DNA of 64,000 nt from Microgenomates group bacterium (GCA_049303575.1 JBAQNH010000002.1:444541-508540), one strand, 5' to 3'. Numbered from the stretch's first letter, positions 47,798-58,196 are shown. The notes: generated from the letters alone by a model not told the origin. Numbers and translations: made by a program.

Positions 47798-48229
47798 ATG
47801 TTTACTGGACGCTACTACCACAATCTAGAAGCCAAGGGGAGATTAGCAATACCCCAGTCCTTCAGGGACGAACTCGGATCAGGTGGCGTAATCACCTGGG
47901 GGCTCGATGGCTGTCTATTTCTTTTCCCCAAATCATACTGGCAGAAGCTTTCCGAGAAGCTGGCCTCGCTCTCACTAACCAACCCAGGAGCCCGAAACTT
48001 GACGCGTATCTTAGTACAGTCCGCCGTGGAATTGAATCTCGACAGTCAGGGTCGGACACTCATACCAGAACATCTCAGAGAACAGGTCAATATAAAAAAA
48101 CAGGTGGTAGTCGCCGGAACCCTTACCAGAATTGAAATCTGGGACAGAGACGCCTATCACGAGCACCTTGATTTAATAGCGCAAACGATTAACCAAGCCG
48201 ACCAAGGCTTAGCCGCAATCGACCTATGA
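47798..48229 (+). CDS. mraZ: Transcriptional regulator MraZ
   Basis: MFTGRYYHNLEAKGRLAIPQSFR (the MraZ DxxxR-type first repeat), a second half with a similar motif, 143 aa, and position as first gene of the dcw cluster. Confidence 0.85.
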   Translation: MFTGRYYHNLEAKGRLAIPQSFRDELGSGGVITWGLDGCLFLFPKSYWQKLSEKLASLSLTNPGARNLTRILVQSAVELNLDSQGRTLIPEHLREQVNIKKQVVVAGTLTRIEIWDRDAYHEHLDLIAQTINQADQGLAAIDL

Positions 48230-49161
48230 CAAACGTAATCGAAAGACACTACTCGGCCTATAAAGGCGAGTTAGCCAAACTCTACAGTTTTAAGAAAGGT
48301 TACCTCTTCTTAGACCTTACTCTAGGGGACGGTGGACACACCCAGGAAGCCTTAGAAGCCGGTTGTCGTGTTGTTTCCTTTGACATCGATGATGAGGCCA
48401 TTAAAAGGGCTATAAGTTTCGTCCCGGAAAAGTTCTCTCCCCAAATTATCGAACCGGAAAATATTTCGGAACTGGCCCCTAAAGACTTTAACTGGATTAT
48501 CATCCACAGTAATTTTACGAAAGTAGAAGAGATTGTTAAAAAGTTAGAACTCCCTCTCTTTGATGGCATCATGGTCGACCTCGGACCTTCCCAATTTCAA
48601 GTTCTTTCCGAAGGCCGTGGCTTTAGCTTTGCCAAAGATGAGCCTCTAGATATGCGTCTTACCAAAGATCTCGGTGTTACCGCCGCCGATCTTCTCGCCG
48701 TCTTAAACGAAGGTGAGTTAGTTGAGTTGTTTACTCTAGGAGACGAACCCTTTGCCAAGCCCCTGGCTCGTATTATTGTCAAACAAAGAACCATAAACCC
48801 AATAAAAACCACCAAACAGCTCGCCGATCTGGTTTTTAAAGTCAAAAAAGGTCGTCCTGGGAGAATTCATCCAGCCACCCAAGTCTTTATGGCTCTCCGC
48901 ATGGTCGTCAATCTTGAACGGGAAAACATCAACCTACTTTTACCCCAACTTCCCCAGCTTCTCAAAAAAGACGGCACCATGGGCATAATTAGCTTTCACT
49001 CAGGTGAAGACAAACTAATTAAAGACTTCATTAAGACCGAAGAAGAAAAGGGTGACATCAGCGCTATTAACGAAAAACCGATTGTTCCTTCGACATCTGA
49101 ATTATTAATCAGTCCTAGAACCAGAAGTGCCAAACTTAGACTCGCTAAAAAAACTAATTAA
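48226..49161 (+). CDS. rsmH: 16S rRNA (cytosine1402-N4)-methyltransferase RsmH/MraW
   Basis: DLTLGDGGHTQ matches the RsmH DxTxGxGGHS motif. The gene follows mraZ with ATGA overlap. Confidence 0.85.
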   Translation: MTNVIERHYSAYKGELAKLYSFKKGYLFLDLTLGDGGHTQEALEAGCRVVSFDIDDEAIKRAISFVPEKFSPQIIEPENISELAPKDFNWIIIHSNFTKVEEIVKKLELPLFDGIMVDLGPSQFQVLSEGRGFSFAKDEPLDMRLTKDLGVTAADLLAVLNEGELVELFTLGDEPFAKPLARIIVKQRTINPIKTTKQLADLVFKVKKGRPGRIHPATQVFMALRMVVNLERENINLLLPQLPQLLKKDGTMGIISFHSGEDKLIKDFIKTEEEKGDISAINEKPIVPSTSELLISPRTRSAKLRLAKKTN

Positions 49162-49435
49162 CTACAAAACCGCGTTCACCATTACCGCGATGGCCTTTGT
49201 TGGCCTTGCCGCCATCAATCTCATCGGTACCAACGCGCTTTCTACAGAAGGCATCGCCGTCAGTGAAGCTGAGACTCAAACCCTAAAACTGGAAAAAGAA
49301 AATCAGATCATTTCTGTTAAGATCGAAGAAGCCTCCCAGCTAAAAAATATTGAAGTACTGGCCGAGAATCGAGGGTTCATAAGATCAAAAAACATTGTCT
49401 TTGTACCCACCGCTCCGACCTTTGCCCAAAGATAA
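49127..49435 (+). CDS. ftsL: FtsL-like small bitopic division protein
   Basis: A single TM (FTITAMAFVGLAAINLIG) followed by a short periplasmic region, positioned between rsmH and ftsI. A plausible alternative start is the ATG at 49190. Confidence 0.5.
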   Translation: MPNLDSLKKLINYKTAFTITAMAFVGLAAINLIGTNALSTEGIAVSEAETQTLKLEKENQIISVKIEEASQLKNIEVLAENRGFIRSKNIVFVPTAPTFAQR

Positions 49436-49438
49436 TCG

Positions 49439-51115
49439 ATGTTAAACTCACAGGGTAATCTCATCCAAAAACGTCTCAAGACAATCATTTTTTTAATCCC
49501 TATTCTTTGTGTGATAATCGTCGGACGCTTATTCTACTGGCAGATCATTCGCGGACCGGAGTTGCAGACAAAAGCCAGCAACCAACACGAAACCACCACT
49601 TATCTTGAAGCCAAAAGAGGCAACATTCTTGATTTTGAAGGCAACATCCTTGCTGGAACCAAAAATCTTTATCATCTTTTTGTTTACAAACCCCAGTTAA
49701 CCATCGGTAACAACGATTTAATTGAAAAACTAATCGAAAATATGGACAAGGAACCGGAAGCAACCGACGAGCCGGATATAAGAGAGTATCTTAAGGGTCG
49801 TTTGGCTTTGGACTCAAACTGGGTTTCTCTCAAACACTATCTCACTCCCGACGCCAAAGACCGGATTGAGAAACTAGGGATTGCCGGGCTTGGATTTGAA
49901 GATGAGTATGTTCGTTTCTATCCCGAAGCCAGTATGTCAGCACACCTCTTGGGTTTTGTTGGTCAAGATGCTGCCGGAGAAGAGCAGGGATATTTTGGTC
50001 TGGAAGGATATCAAGATAGACTTTTACGTGGTCGGGGAGGCAAGATTAGAACCGAAAAAGATGCCAAAGGCAACCCCATCTTAATCGGCAACTACCAGTT
50101 TCTTCATGCCATTGAAGGCAAACCAATCACCACTACAATTAGCAAAAAAATTCAGTACCTTACTGAAAAAATGCTCAAGGAAGGTATCGAAAAATATCAA
50201 GCTTCTGCTGGAAACGTTATCATCCTTGAATCAAAAACAGGCAAAGTAAGAGCCATGGCCTCTTTTCCTAACTATGATCCAGGTAAATTTTCCGAGTTTC
50301 CTAATACCAGTTACAAGAATCCCAATGTTGCCGATCTTTTTGAGCCAGGATCTGTTTTCAAGGTCTTAATCATGGCCGCCGGTCTAAATGAAAAAGTGGT
50401 CGCACCGGAAACTCGATGTGATATCTGTGCTGGATCATTGGTTATTGGTAAGTACGCCATCAAAACTTGGAACGAAGTCTATCACCCCAACACCACCATG
50501 ACCGAAACCATCATAAACTCCGACAATACCGGTATGGTTTTTGTCGCGAGAAAACTGGGTAAGGATAAGTTTGTTGAGTATCTAAAAAAATATGGTCTGG
50601 GAAAGAAAACCGAGATCCAGTTGCAGGAAGAAGTGTCCGGCGTAATTCGCGAATCCAAAGACTATGGTGATATCGATCTGGCTACCAACTCCTTTGGGCA
50701 GGGTATTGCCGTTACTCCCATTCAGCTGGTCGCGGCGGTAAACACCATTGCTAATGATGGTTTCTACCTCAAACCAACCATTATTGAAAAAGAAGTTAGC
50801 AAAGGTAAACCCGTTCTCTCGGTAGAAGCAGTTGACCAAATGACCCAGATCATGATCCAAGCTGTCGATATGGGAGAAGCAAAATGGGCCAAACCTCAGG
50901 GACTGATTGTTGCCGGTAAAACAGGTACCGCCCAGATCCCAATTGAAGGCCATTACGATGCTGAAAAAACTATCGCCAGTTTCATTGGGTTTTTTCCAGC
51001 CAACAACCCGCAGTACACTATGTTAGTGACCCTTCGCGAACCTAAAACGTCACCTTGGGGATCCGAAACCGCCGCTCCTCTCTGGTTTGCAATTGCCAAA
51101 CAATTGCTGCTTTGA
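49439..51115 (+). CDS. ftsI: Penicillin-binding protein 2/3-type transpeptidase (FtsI)
   Basis: N-terminal TM, then GSVFKV (SxxK), SDNTG (SxN) and KTGTA (KTG) in the canonical order. Confidence 0.85.
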   Translation: MLNSQGNLIQKRLKTIIFLIPILCVIIVGRLFYWQIIRGPELQTKASNQHETTTYLEAKRGNILDFEGNILAGTKNLYHLFVYKPQLTIGNNDLIEKLIENMDKEPEATDEPDIREYLKGRLALDSNWVSLKHYLTPDAKDRIEKLGIAGLGFEDEYVRFYPEASMSAHLLGFVGQDAAGEEQGYFGLEGYQDRLLRGRGGKIRTEKDAKGNPILIGNYQFLHAIEGKPITTTISKKIQYLTEKMLKEGIEKYQASAGNVIILESKTGKVRAMASFPNYDPGKFSEFPNTSYKNPNVADLFEPGSVFKVLIMAAGLNEKVVAPETRCDICAGSLVIGKYAIKTWNEVYHPNTTMTETIINSDNTGMVFVARKLGKDKFVEYLKKYGLGKKTEIQLQEEVSGVIRESKDYGDIDLATNSFGQGIAVTPIQLVAAVNTIANDGFYLKPTIIEKEVSKGKPVLSVEAVDQMTQIMIQAVDMGEAKWAKPQGLIVAGKTGTAQIPIEGHYDAEKTIASFIGFFPANNPQYTMLVTLREPKTSPWGSETAAPLWFAIAKQLLL

Positions 51116-51141
51116 CGCCAACACTGTTAAAATATAAACAC

Positions 51142-51507
51142 ATGCAAAATCCATTCAGGATACACAGGATCAGTTTTAAGCACGCCTTTGATGGCTTTGT
51201 TTACTCTGTCCGCACTCAGCCAAATTTTCGCTTTCACCTTCTAGCTACGTTTATAGTCGTCTTGCTCGGTATCTATTTCTCCATCAGTATCATCGAATGG
51301 CTCATTTTGGTTTTTACTATCAACACTGTTCTGGCTGCCGAGATGGTCAATACTTCCATTGAAGCCATGGTTGACCTTATCACTCTCGAACGTAGAGCCG
51401 ACGCCAAAATAGCCAAAGACGTTGCCTCGGCTATGGTTCTTGTCTCTGCTATTCTCTCTATAATCGTCGGTTTAATAATCTTTTTACCCAAAATACTCAA
51501 CTTCTAA
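51142..51507 (+). CDS. dgkA: Diacylglycerol/undecaprenol kinase family protein (DgkA/UdpK)
   Basis: Three TM segments. EMVNTSIEAMVDLIT and AKIAKDVASAMVLVSAI match DgkA catalytic motifs (E..NTAIE..VD, KD.gSaAV). The track ORF starts at 51055; the ATG at 51142 avoids the overlap with ftsI. Confidence 0.7.
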   Translation: MQNPFRIHRISFKHAFDGFVYSVRTQPNFRFHLLATFIVVLLGIYFSISIIEWLILVFTINTVLAAEMVNTSIEAMVDLITLERRADAKIAKDVASAMVLVSAILSIIVGLIIFLPKILNF

Positions 51508-52533
51508 ATGGATTTACTACTTGGAATCTTAATTTTCTCCTTTATCGTTCATGCCTTTGCCATAGTTCCTTTTGTAAATTTCCTTTACCATCTTAAGTTT
51601 TTCAAAAACAAAACGGCTATTTCCAAAGATAAAACCGACGAAGCCTCTGTTCACATTCGTTCAAAATCTAGAACTCCGGAGGGTGGGGGACTACTAATCA
51701 TTGTCATTACCGGTCTCATTTTTGCCTTTGCTCTACCTTTATTAAGACGCTTGGGTTTTGAAATTACCCACGTTTATCCCATAAACGACGAGATTAATGT
51801 TATCTTTTTTACCTTTATTTCCTTTGGTTTACTCGGTCTCTACGACGACATCATCAAATTTTTTGAGTTGGATAGGGAACAGGGTTACACCGGCCTCAAA
51901 ACTCGTTACAAATTTCTCATTCAGGTAACTTTGGGTCTCATCATTGGCGCTATGATGTATCTCAATCTTGGTATCGACATTATTCACATTCCTTTCTTTG
52001 GTGTCATTCATTTTGGTCTTTGGTTTATTCCTCTGGCCGCTTTCCTTGTGGTCACTTTTGCCAACTCTGTAAACATTACCGATGGTATGGATGGTTTGGC
52101 TTCAGGCCTTTTGATGATTAGTCTGTTTGGCTTTCTTTTACTTTCTACTTCTATTCTCGACACCCCCCTTTCCATCTTTATTGCTCTCTGGCTTGGTGGT
52201 CTTATTGCCTTTCTTTATTTCAATGTTTTTCCCGCCCGTCTATTTTTGGGAGACGTTGGAGCCTTAGCTTTCGGTGCCGCTTTTGCCACGGTTGGTTTAC
52301 TTACCGGGAAAGTGATTGCCCTTTTAATTATTGGACTACCTTTCTTAGTTGATGGTTTAAGTAGCGTCCTACAGATTTTCTGGGTAAAAGTATTTCATCG
52401 TCGCATTTTTCCTATTGCCCCGCTCCACTATCTTCTCCTGAAAATTGGTTGGTCTGAACCAAAAATTGTTCAAAGAGCATGGCTTGTCGGCATCATGTTA
52501 GTTATCTTCGGTATCTGGTTAGCCATCATTTAA
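51508..52533 (+). CDS. mraY: Phospho-N-acetylmuramoyl-pentapeptide transferase
   Basis: ANSVNITDGMDGLASG (MraY DD/NxxD), the LGDVGALAFGAAFA region, and ~10 TM segments. Confidence 0.9.
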   Translation: MDLLLGILIFSFIVHAFAIVPFVNFLYHLKFFKNKTAISKDKTDEASVHIRSKSRTPEGGGLLIIVITGLIFAFALPLLRRLGFEITHVYPINDEINVIFFTFISFGLLGLYDDIIKFFELDREQGYTGLKTRYKFLIQVTLGLIIGAMMYLNLGIDIIHIPFFGVIHFGLWFIPLAAFLVVTFANSVNITDGMDGLASGLLMISLFGFLLLSTSILDTPLSIFIALWLGGLIAFLYFNVFPARLFLGDVGALAFGAAFATVGLLTGKVIALLIIGLPFLVDGLSSVLQIFWVKVFHRRIFPIAPLHYLLLKIGWSEPKIVQRAWLVGIMLVIFGIWLAII

Positions 52534-52536
52534 TTT

Positions 52537-53616
52537 ATGCTACGCCTCAAAGGCAATCATAATCGTCTCCCTACGACCATCCTTATTGCTGGAATATTGG
52601 CAGCTTGTTTTGGTCTCGTGGCGATATATGATGCTTCTGTTGTTGATGCTTTCAGGACTTTTGGCGACAAATTTCACTATGTCAAACAACAATCAGTTTG
52701 GATTGTCTTCGGCATTATCGTTGCTTTGATAACCTCAAATATTCCTATGTCCCTTTTCAAAAAATATGCCCACATTCTTTATGGTATTTCACTTTTTCTG
52801 ATGGTCATTGTCCTTATTCCCGGTATCGGTTCAAAGTTTCTTGGTGCAAGACGTTGGATTGATATTGGTTTCACCGTTATCCAACCATCGGAACTTCTTA
52901 AAATTACTCTGGTTATCTATCTTGCCAAATGGCTCGAACAGGAGCGTAGTCTCAAACACTTCCTCATTCTTCTGGCAGTGAATCTAGGTTTGATTATGCT
53001 TCAGCCGGATCTTGGTACCGCCCTCATCACCGTTGGTGTCTCCTTCATGGTTTACTATCTCTCGGGAGCCAAAATCAAGGAAATTTTTTCTTTTAGCGCT
53101 ATCTTGGCTGTAGCCATCAGTGCTTTAATTATTTTTTCTCCTTACCGTATGGACAGGGTAAAAACCTTTATGGATCCAACGACTGACCCCCTAGGTGCTT
53201 CATACCACATCAACCAAGTCCTCTACGGTCTCGGTTCGGGAGGATTCTCCGGTGTTGGTGTTGGTAAATCCCGTCAAAAATATGCCTATCTTCCCGAAGC
53301 CACAACTGACTCTATTTTTGTGATCATCGCCGAGGAGTTTGGTTTCCTTGGTAGCAGTCTCTTTATCCTTACTCTCACCGGACTTCTCCTGGCCTCTTTC
53401 AAGGTCGCCCTGAATGTTCATGATAAATTTGATAAGCTACTGTCTAGTAGTATCACTTTATTATTTTTAATTCAGATATTTGTGAATCTAAGTTCAATGG
53501 TTGCTCTAGTTCCACTCACCGGCGTACCCTTACCCTTCATTTCCTATGGTGGCTCAAGTCTGGTTACCAACTTCATTGCCCTAGGTCTTCTTATTAATAT
53601 CTCCAAAAGAGTATGA
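52537..53616 (+). CDS. ftsW: SEDS-family peptidoglycan glycosyltransferase FtsW/RodA
   Basis: QPSELLKITLVIYLAKWL and the C-terminal PLPFISYGGSSLV are SEDS signature regions. Confidence 0.85.
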   Translation: MLRLKGNHNRLPTTILIAGILAACFGLVAIYDASVVDAFRTFGDKFHYVKQQSVWIVFGIIVALITSNIPMSLFKKYAHILYGISLFLMVIVLIPGIGSKFLGARRWIDIGFTVIQPSELLKITLVIYLAKWLEQERSLKHFLILLAVNLGLIMLQPDLGTALITVGVSFMVYYLSGAKIKEIFSFSAILAVAISALIIFSPYRMDRVKTFMDPTTDPLGASYHINQVLYGLGSGGFSGVGVGKSRQKYAYLPEATTDSIFVIIAEEFGFLGSSLFILTLTGLLLASFKVALNVHDKFDKLLSSSITLLFLIQIFVNLSSMVALVPLTGVPLPFISYGGSSLVTNFIALGLLINISKRV

Positions 53617-54692
53617 AACCCTTAATTGCTTTTACCGGCGGTCACCACAACAGTACCTTAGTAATTGCTAAATCATTTCAAAAAGAAGACTACCCCATTA
53701 TCTGGATCGGCCACAAATTTGCTTCGAAGGGGGATAAATCACTCTCGGCTGAATATCAGGAAATTACCGGATCAGGAATCCATTTTCTGGAACTAAAAAC
53801 CGGCAAGTTTTATCAAAAATTTAACCCACTTGAATGGCTTAAGATTGCCTTCGGTTTCTTCCAGGCCTTTATTTATTTAATAACCTACCGACCAAAATTA
53901 ATCTTTTCTTCTGGTGGTTATCTTTCGGTTCCGGTGGTCATTGTTGGTTGGCTTCTCGGCATTCCCTCAATCACCCATGAACAAACAGTTATTGCCGGTT
54001 GGGCAAACAAAGCCATCTCACCTTTCGTTAAGAAAATTCTTCTAACTCACGTCTCATCACTCCCAAACTTTCCCCAAGAAAAATCTGTTGTTGTTGGTCT
54101 CCCGATAAGGAAAGAACTTTTAAACAATAAATACACCAAAAAATTTGATCCCAAACTTGTCTACATTTCCTGTGGCAAACAAGGTTCTCACACGATAAAC
54201 AAAGCTCTTTTTCCAATTCTTCCCCAACTTGTTAAAAAATTTACGGTAGTCCATCAAACAGGTGCTAATACACTAACCAAAGACTCCGACCGTGCTAGAA
54301 GAATCAAAGAAAAGCTAGGGGAGTACAAAGACCGTTATATTTTTGCCCCTTATTTTTTTGCCGAAGACGCCGCTACTTACATACGCTCCTCGACAATTGT
54401 TGTTGGTCGAGCCGGGGCTCACTCTGTCTACGAACTAATGGTTCTTGAAAAAAAAGCGGTTCTTATTCCTATTCCTTGGGTGTCTCACAATGAACAATTT
54501 TTAAATGCCAAACTCGCCGAAGAACAAATTGGCAGCACTATTCTGGAAGAAAAAGATCTCACCCCGGAGTCTTTATATCAGGCTATCATTGAGTTAGTTA
54601 AACGTCCATCAATCAAGCCATCAACCAAATTAGCGACCAATGCTACAGAGAAGATTACTCAAATCATCCGTGAACACCTCCAAGAGACTTAA
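53613..54692 (+). CDS. murG: UDP-GlcNAc:lipid I N-acetylglucosaminyltransferase MurG
   Basis: FTGGHHNSTL (G-loop) and GGYLSVPVVIVGWLLGIPSITHEQTVIAGWANK, which compares with MurG GGYVSGP...IPVVLHEQN.IAG..NK. Confidence 0.85.
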   Translation: MKPLIAFTGGHHNSTLVIAKSFQKEDYPIIWIGHKFASKGDKSLSAEYQEITGSGIHFLELKTGKFYQKFNPLEWLKIAFGFFQAFIYLITYRPKLIFSSGGYLSVPVVIVGWLLGIPSITHEQTVIAGWANKAISPFVKKILLTHVSSLPNFPQEKSVVVGLPIRKELLNNKYTKKFDPKLVYISCGKQGSHTINKALFPILPQLVKKFTVVHQTGANTLTKDSDRARRIKEKLGEYKDRYIFAPYFFAEDAATYIRSSTIVVGRAGAHSVYELMVLEKKAVLIPIPWVSHNEQFLNAKLAEEQIGSTILEEKDLTPESLYQAIIELVKRPSIKPSTKLATNATEKITQIIREHLQET

Positions 54693-55479
54693 TCGACGCG
54701 CTCGTATCGGTTTGGAAACGTTAAAAATAAACTCCAAGAAATTTTTACCGATTCTTGTCTTGATTCCTCTTATTTTTTTTCTTAATAGTCTTTTTATTAT
54801 CAAAAAAATAAACTGTTCTTTTAACAATGAAGTCTGTCCTCAAGAAATACAAATAGTTCAAAATAATTTGCTTGGTTCAAACTCGCTTTTTATAAATCAA
54901 AAAGATCTACTTACTTTTTTTAAAGCGGTTTATCCGATAGATAATATGAACATCGGCTATCACGCCTTTAACACACTCAATATTAATCTCAAGGGCAACA
55001 ACCCTTACGTCGAGGCGGACGTCTACTTAGTTACTAGCCTTCCCAAGCTCTCCATGGACCAAGCTCCCAGCACTACCGACTCGGCTGGTTGGTGGGTCAA
55101 GCCATCGGGAGAACTGGAGAACTTCGTTCTCACCCAAAAAGGACTGGGTTTTAATCTTTGGGAAAACGGCTCGATGTCTCAAACGGCGACAACGGGAGCC
55201 AATATAAGTTTCATTTTTATCGAAAAACCAACCCCGGAAATAGTGTCTTCGGTCTACAAAATGGTGAGGTTAGTTCTTAAATATCTTGATGTATCCGATA
55301 TTTATATCGTTGGCCGTCGCTCTTTCTTGAGCCGAACAGGTGAACCTGATATCATAATAGGTGTACCTTTTGACGAAGGAAGCTTGGTTTCTGCTTTACA
55401 ATCACTAAGCTACCTCGCTACAATTAAAAAAGACGCAAAAGTGATCGATTTAAGTTTTAAAAATCCGATCATAAGATAA
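54640..55479 (+). CDS. ftsQ: FtsQ/DivIB-like division protein
   Basis: An N-terminal basic stretch and single TM (ILVLIPLIFFLNSLFII), then a POTRA-sized periplasmic domain. Located between murG and ftsA. The start is uncertain because it overlaps the end of murG. Confidence 0.5.
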   Translation: MLQRRLLKSSVNTSKRLNRRARIGLETLKINSKKFLPILVLIPLIFFLNSLFIIKKINCSFNNEVCPQEIQIVQNNLLGSNSLFINQKDLLTFFKAVYPIDNMNIGYHAFNTLNINLKGNNPYVEADVYLVTSLPKLSMDQAPSTTDSAGWWVKPSGELENFVLTQKGLGFNLWENGSMSQTATTGANISFIFIEKPTPEIVSSVYKMVRLVLKYLDVSDIYIVGRRSFLSRTGEPDIIIGVPFDEGSLVSALQSLSYLATIKKDAKVIDLSFKNPIIR

Positions 55480-55483
55480 AAAT

Positions 55484-56758
55484 ATGGCTAAACCACAAGG
55501 AATAAATGCGATTGATATCGGCTCCAGTAAAATTACCTGTTTGATTACTGTTCCCGGTCAAGACGACTCAAAAATTAACTTAGTTGGTGCCGCCACAGTC
55601 ACCAGTCGTGGAGTTAGAAGAGGACAAATTGTCAACATTGAAGAGTGCGTCAGTTCCATTACCGATTGCGTCGAGTCAGCCGAAAGAATGGCCGGGTTTG
55701 GCGTTGACTCTGCTTTTATTTCCATCTCCGGCGAGAATATTTTGTCTCAAAATTCCCAAGGCTTAGTTGCCATTACCGAAACAGAGGGAGAAATTGGTCA
55801 CGACGATGTTTTTCGAGTAATCGAAGCCGCCAGAGCCGTGTCCTTGCCCACCTCTAGAGAAATCATTCATGTTTTACCCCGTGAGTTTATTGTTGATGGT
55901 CAGCATGGCATTAAAGACCCGACCGGTATGTCCGGCGTTCGTTTGGAGACCGAGGCCCATCTCATTACCGGGCTTACTCCTGCTATAAAAAATGTCACTC
56001 GTTGTGTCAATGAACTGGGCGTCAATGTTTCCGGTCTTGTTTTTACCGGTCTTGCTTCTGCCGAGTCGGTTTTAACCGATACGGACAAAGAGCTCGGTGT
56101 AGTTCTCGTCGACATTGGCGGGGGCACTACCAGTGTTTGTATTTATGTTGAAGGCTCCTGTGTTTACTCTGCCGTAATTCCTGTCGGCGCCAAAAAAATC
56201 AGTGATGACATTGCCATAGGTTTACAAATCAGCGTCGATAGTGCTGAAAAAATCAAACACTACTTAGGTAAAGCTAAACATGAAGCCGATCCTTCAGATA
56301 CCAAAAGTCTAGACGAAATTGATCTATCTAAAATTGGTATTACCGAAGACGTCAAAAAAGTTTCTCGCAAAACAATTGTTGAAGGCATAATCAGACCTCG
56401 TCTAAATGAAATCTTCACCATGGTTAACCATGTTATCAAACAGTCCGGTCTCGAAGGTCAGACACCTGCCGGAGTCATCGTCACCGGCGGAGGTGCTCTA
56501 ACTATTAACTGTACCGAAAGTTGCCGACGTGTCATGCAACTCCCAGCCAAGCTAGGTGTCCCAACTGGTCTTCATGGCCTTACTGATGAAATTAACTCTC
56601 CTGTTTACGCCACCTCGGTTGGTCTTGTTCTCTATGGCTATCACCACAAAGAACAACAGTCTGCCCCAAGATTAAAACTGTCTGGTATGATAAAAGGAAT
56701 TCCCGGCAAACAGTTTGTCGGAAAAGCAATCGATTTTATCAAATCATTCTTACCATAA
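55484..56758 (+). CDS. ftsA: Cell division protein FtsA
   Basis: [15 protein letters not shown] (actin-fold phosphate-1) and [15 protein letters not shown] (phosphate-2); 424 aa; directly upstream of ftsZ. Confidence 0.85.
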   Translation: MAKPQGINAIDIGSSKITCLITVPGQDDSKINLVGAATVTSRGVRRGQIVNIEECVSSITDCVESAERMAGFGVDSAFISISGENILSQNSQGLVAITETEGEIGHDDVFRVIEAARAVSLPTSREIIHVLPREFIVDGQHGIKDPTGMSGVRLETEAHLITGLTPAIKNVTRCVNELGVNVSGLVFTGLASAESVLTDTDKELGVVLVDIGGGTTSVCIYVEGSCVYSAVIPVGAKKISDDIAIGLQISVDSAEKIKHYLGKAKHEADPSDTKSLDEIDLSKIGITEDVKKVSRKTIVEGIIRPRLNEIFTMVNHVIKQSGLEGQTPAGVIVTGGGALTINCTESCRRVMQLPAKLGVPTGLHGLTDEINSPVYATSVGLVLYGYHHKEQQSAPRLKLSGMIKGIPGKQFVGKAIDFIKSFLP

Positions 56759-57932
56759 AGTGGGCCTAGTCAAACCGGATACAAACACCTTCGCCAAAAT
56801 AAAAGTCCTCGGAGTTGGAGGAGGCGGTAACAACGCCGTAAACTCCATGATTTCCTCAGGAAAAATCAAAGGAGTTGAGTTTATTGCCGTCAACACTGAT
56901 ATGCAGGCATTAATAAACTCCAATGCCGATATCAAACTTCAGATTGGTGAAAAGGGTACTAAAGGTCTAGGTTCGGGATCAAATCCCGAGATTGGTGCCC
57001 AAGCTGCCGAAGAATCACGCGAAAAAATTAAAGAAGTCCTTATGGGTGCTGATATGGTTTTCATTACTGCCGGTGAAGGTGGCGGAACCGGAACTGGTGC
57101 TGCTCCCATCATCGCTGAAATCTCCAGGAAAGATGTCGGTGCTCTCACCGTTGCTGTCGTTACCAAGCCTTTCCTTTTTGAAGGTGCTCGTCGTCGTGTT
57201 CAAGCCGAGGAGGGGATTGAGAATCTCAAAGATAAAGTTGACACTCTAATTGTCATTCCCAATCAAAGACTGATCGACATGGCCAAAAAAGAACAAACTC
57301 TTCTTGATGCCTTCAAAATGGCCGACTCTGTACTGGGTCAGGGGGTTCAAAGTATCTCCGATCTCATCACTATCCCCGGGCTTGTCAACGTTGACTTTGC
57401 CGATGTCAAAACCGTTATGACCAATGCTGGCTCTGCCCTTATGGGTGTCGGAAGAAGTTCTGGTGAAAAACGTGCCATTATTGCTGCAAACGCTGCTGTT
57501 AGCTCTCCTCTGTTGGAAATCAGTATCGAAGGTGCTCGAGGCATTCTCTTCAATATTGCCGGTAGTAAGAGTTTAACTCTCACCGAAATTAACGAAGCTT
57601 CATCCATCATTACTCAGTCTGCTGATCCAGATGCCAACATCATCTTCGGCACCACAATAAGAGAAGATCTTGGTGATGAAATTCAAATTTCCGTCATCGC
57701 TGCCGGTTTCGATGAAAACCGTCGTCATTTTGGTAGTATCCCTTCCATAAATCCCTATCTCACTCCCAAGCCGGTTATTTCTCAAGAACCGGAGAAGCCA
57801 CTTGATGAATCTGTCGAAGAGTCCCAGCCCTCAGCGCAAGTTAAGCTTGCCGGCAAATACAAAGTGCACCACAACGAGGTCGATATCGAAGACGATCTGG
57901 ACATCCCAGCATTCCTTAGAAATAAATATTAA
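56715..57932 (+). CDS. ftsZ: Cell division GTPase FtsZ
   Basis: [15 protein letters not shown], the tubulin signature [10 protein letters not shown], and the C-terminal DIPAFLRNK conserved peptide. Confidence 0.9.
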   Translation: MSEKQSILSNHSYHKVGLVKPDTNTFAKIKVLGVGGGGNNAVNSMISSGKIKGVEFIAVNTDMQALINSNADIKLQIGEKGTKGLGSGSNPEIGAQAAEESREKIKEVLMGADMVFITAGEGGGTGTGAAPIIAEISRKDVGALTVAVVTKPFLFEGARRRVQAEEGIENLKDKVDTLIVIPNQRLIDMAKKEQTLLDAFKMADSVLGQGVQSISDLITIPGLVNVDFADVKTVMTNAGSALMGVGRSSGEKRAIIAANAAVSSPLLEISIEGARGILFNIAGSKSLTLTEINEASSIITQSADPDANIIFGTTIREDLGDEIQISVIAAGFDENRRHFGSIPSINPYLTPKPVISQEPEKPLDESVEESQPSAQVKLAGKYKVHHNEVDIEDDLDIPAFLRNKY

Positions 57933-57941
57933 AATACACAC

Positions 57942-58196
57942 ATGGCTACCAAAAAAACTACCGAAAGTAAAACATTCAAAGTTACCGGAGAATCACTCCT
58001 AAAAACAGTCAAAGAACTAATTGCCGAAGGTAATGTTCGTCATATCACCATTAAAGACAAAAACGACAAAGTTGTTGTCTAATTTCCTCTCACTGTTGGC
58101 GTCGTTGCTACGGCTCTTCTTCCCGTTTTTGCCGCGATAGGTGCCCTGGCTGCACTCATTGGTGAGTGTTCCATCTCCGTCGAGATCGAAAAATAA
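57942..58196 (+). pseudogene. DUF4342-family small protein interrupted by an in-frame TAA at 58080-58082
   Basis: ATG at 57942 gives 46 codons (…GESLLKTVKELIAEGNVRHITIKDKNDKVVV) and then TAA. The same frame continues FPLTVGVVATALLPVFAAIGALAALIGECSISVEIEK*. Both halves together match the remembered DUF4342 layout (...LIxEGNVRRIIIKxExGxTIIEIPLTIGVVG...AAIGAIAAL..KCTIEVE). The stop replaces a single codon. Confidence 0.55.

Noticed and set aside
47791-48135. 114-aa ORF overlapping mraZ in another frame
   Set aside because: The mraZ frame (ATG 47798) carries the conserved MraZ repeats. The alternative frame is Arg/Ser-rich with no motif, so it is a frame artefact.
57942-58196. Alternative genetic code (stop-codon reassignment) to explain the in-frame TAA
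   Set aside because: TAA, TAG and TGA each terminate many long, well-supported ORFs in this window (for example TGA at asnB, TAA at ftsZ), and no other gene needs read-through. Reassignment is therefore not supported, and local mutation or error is more likely.
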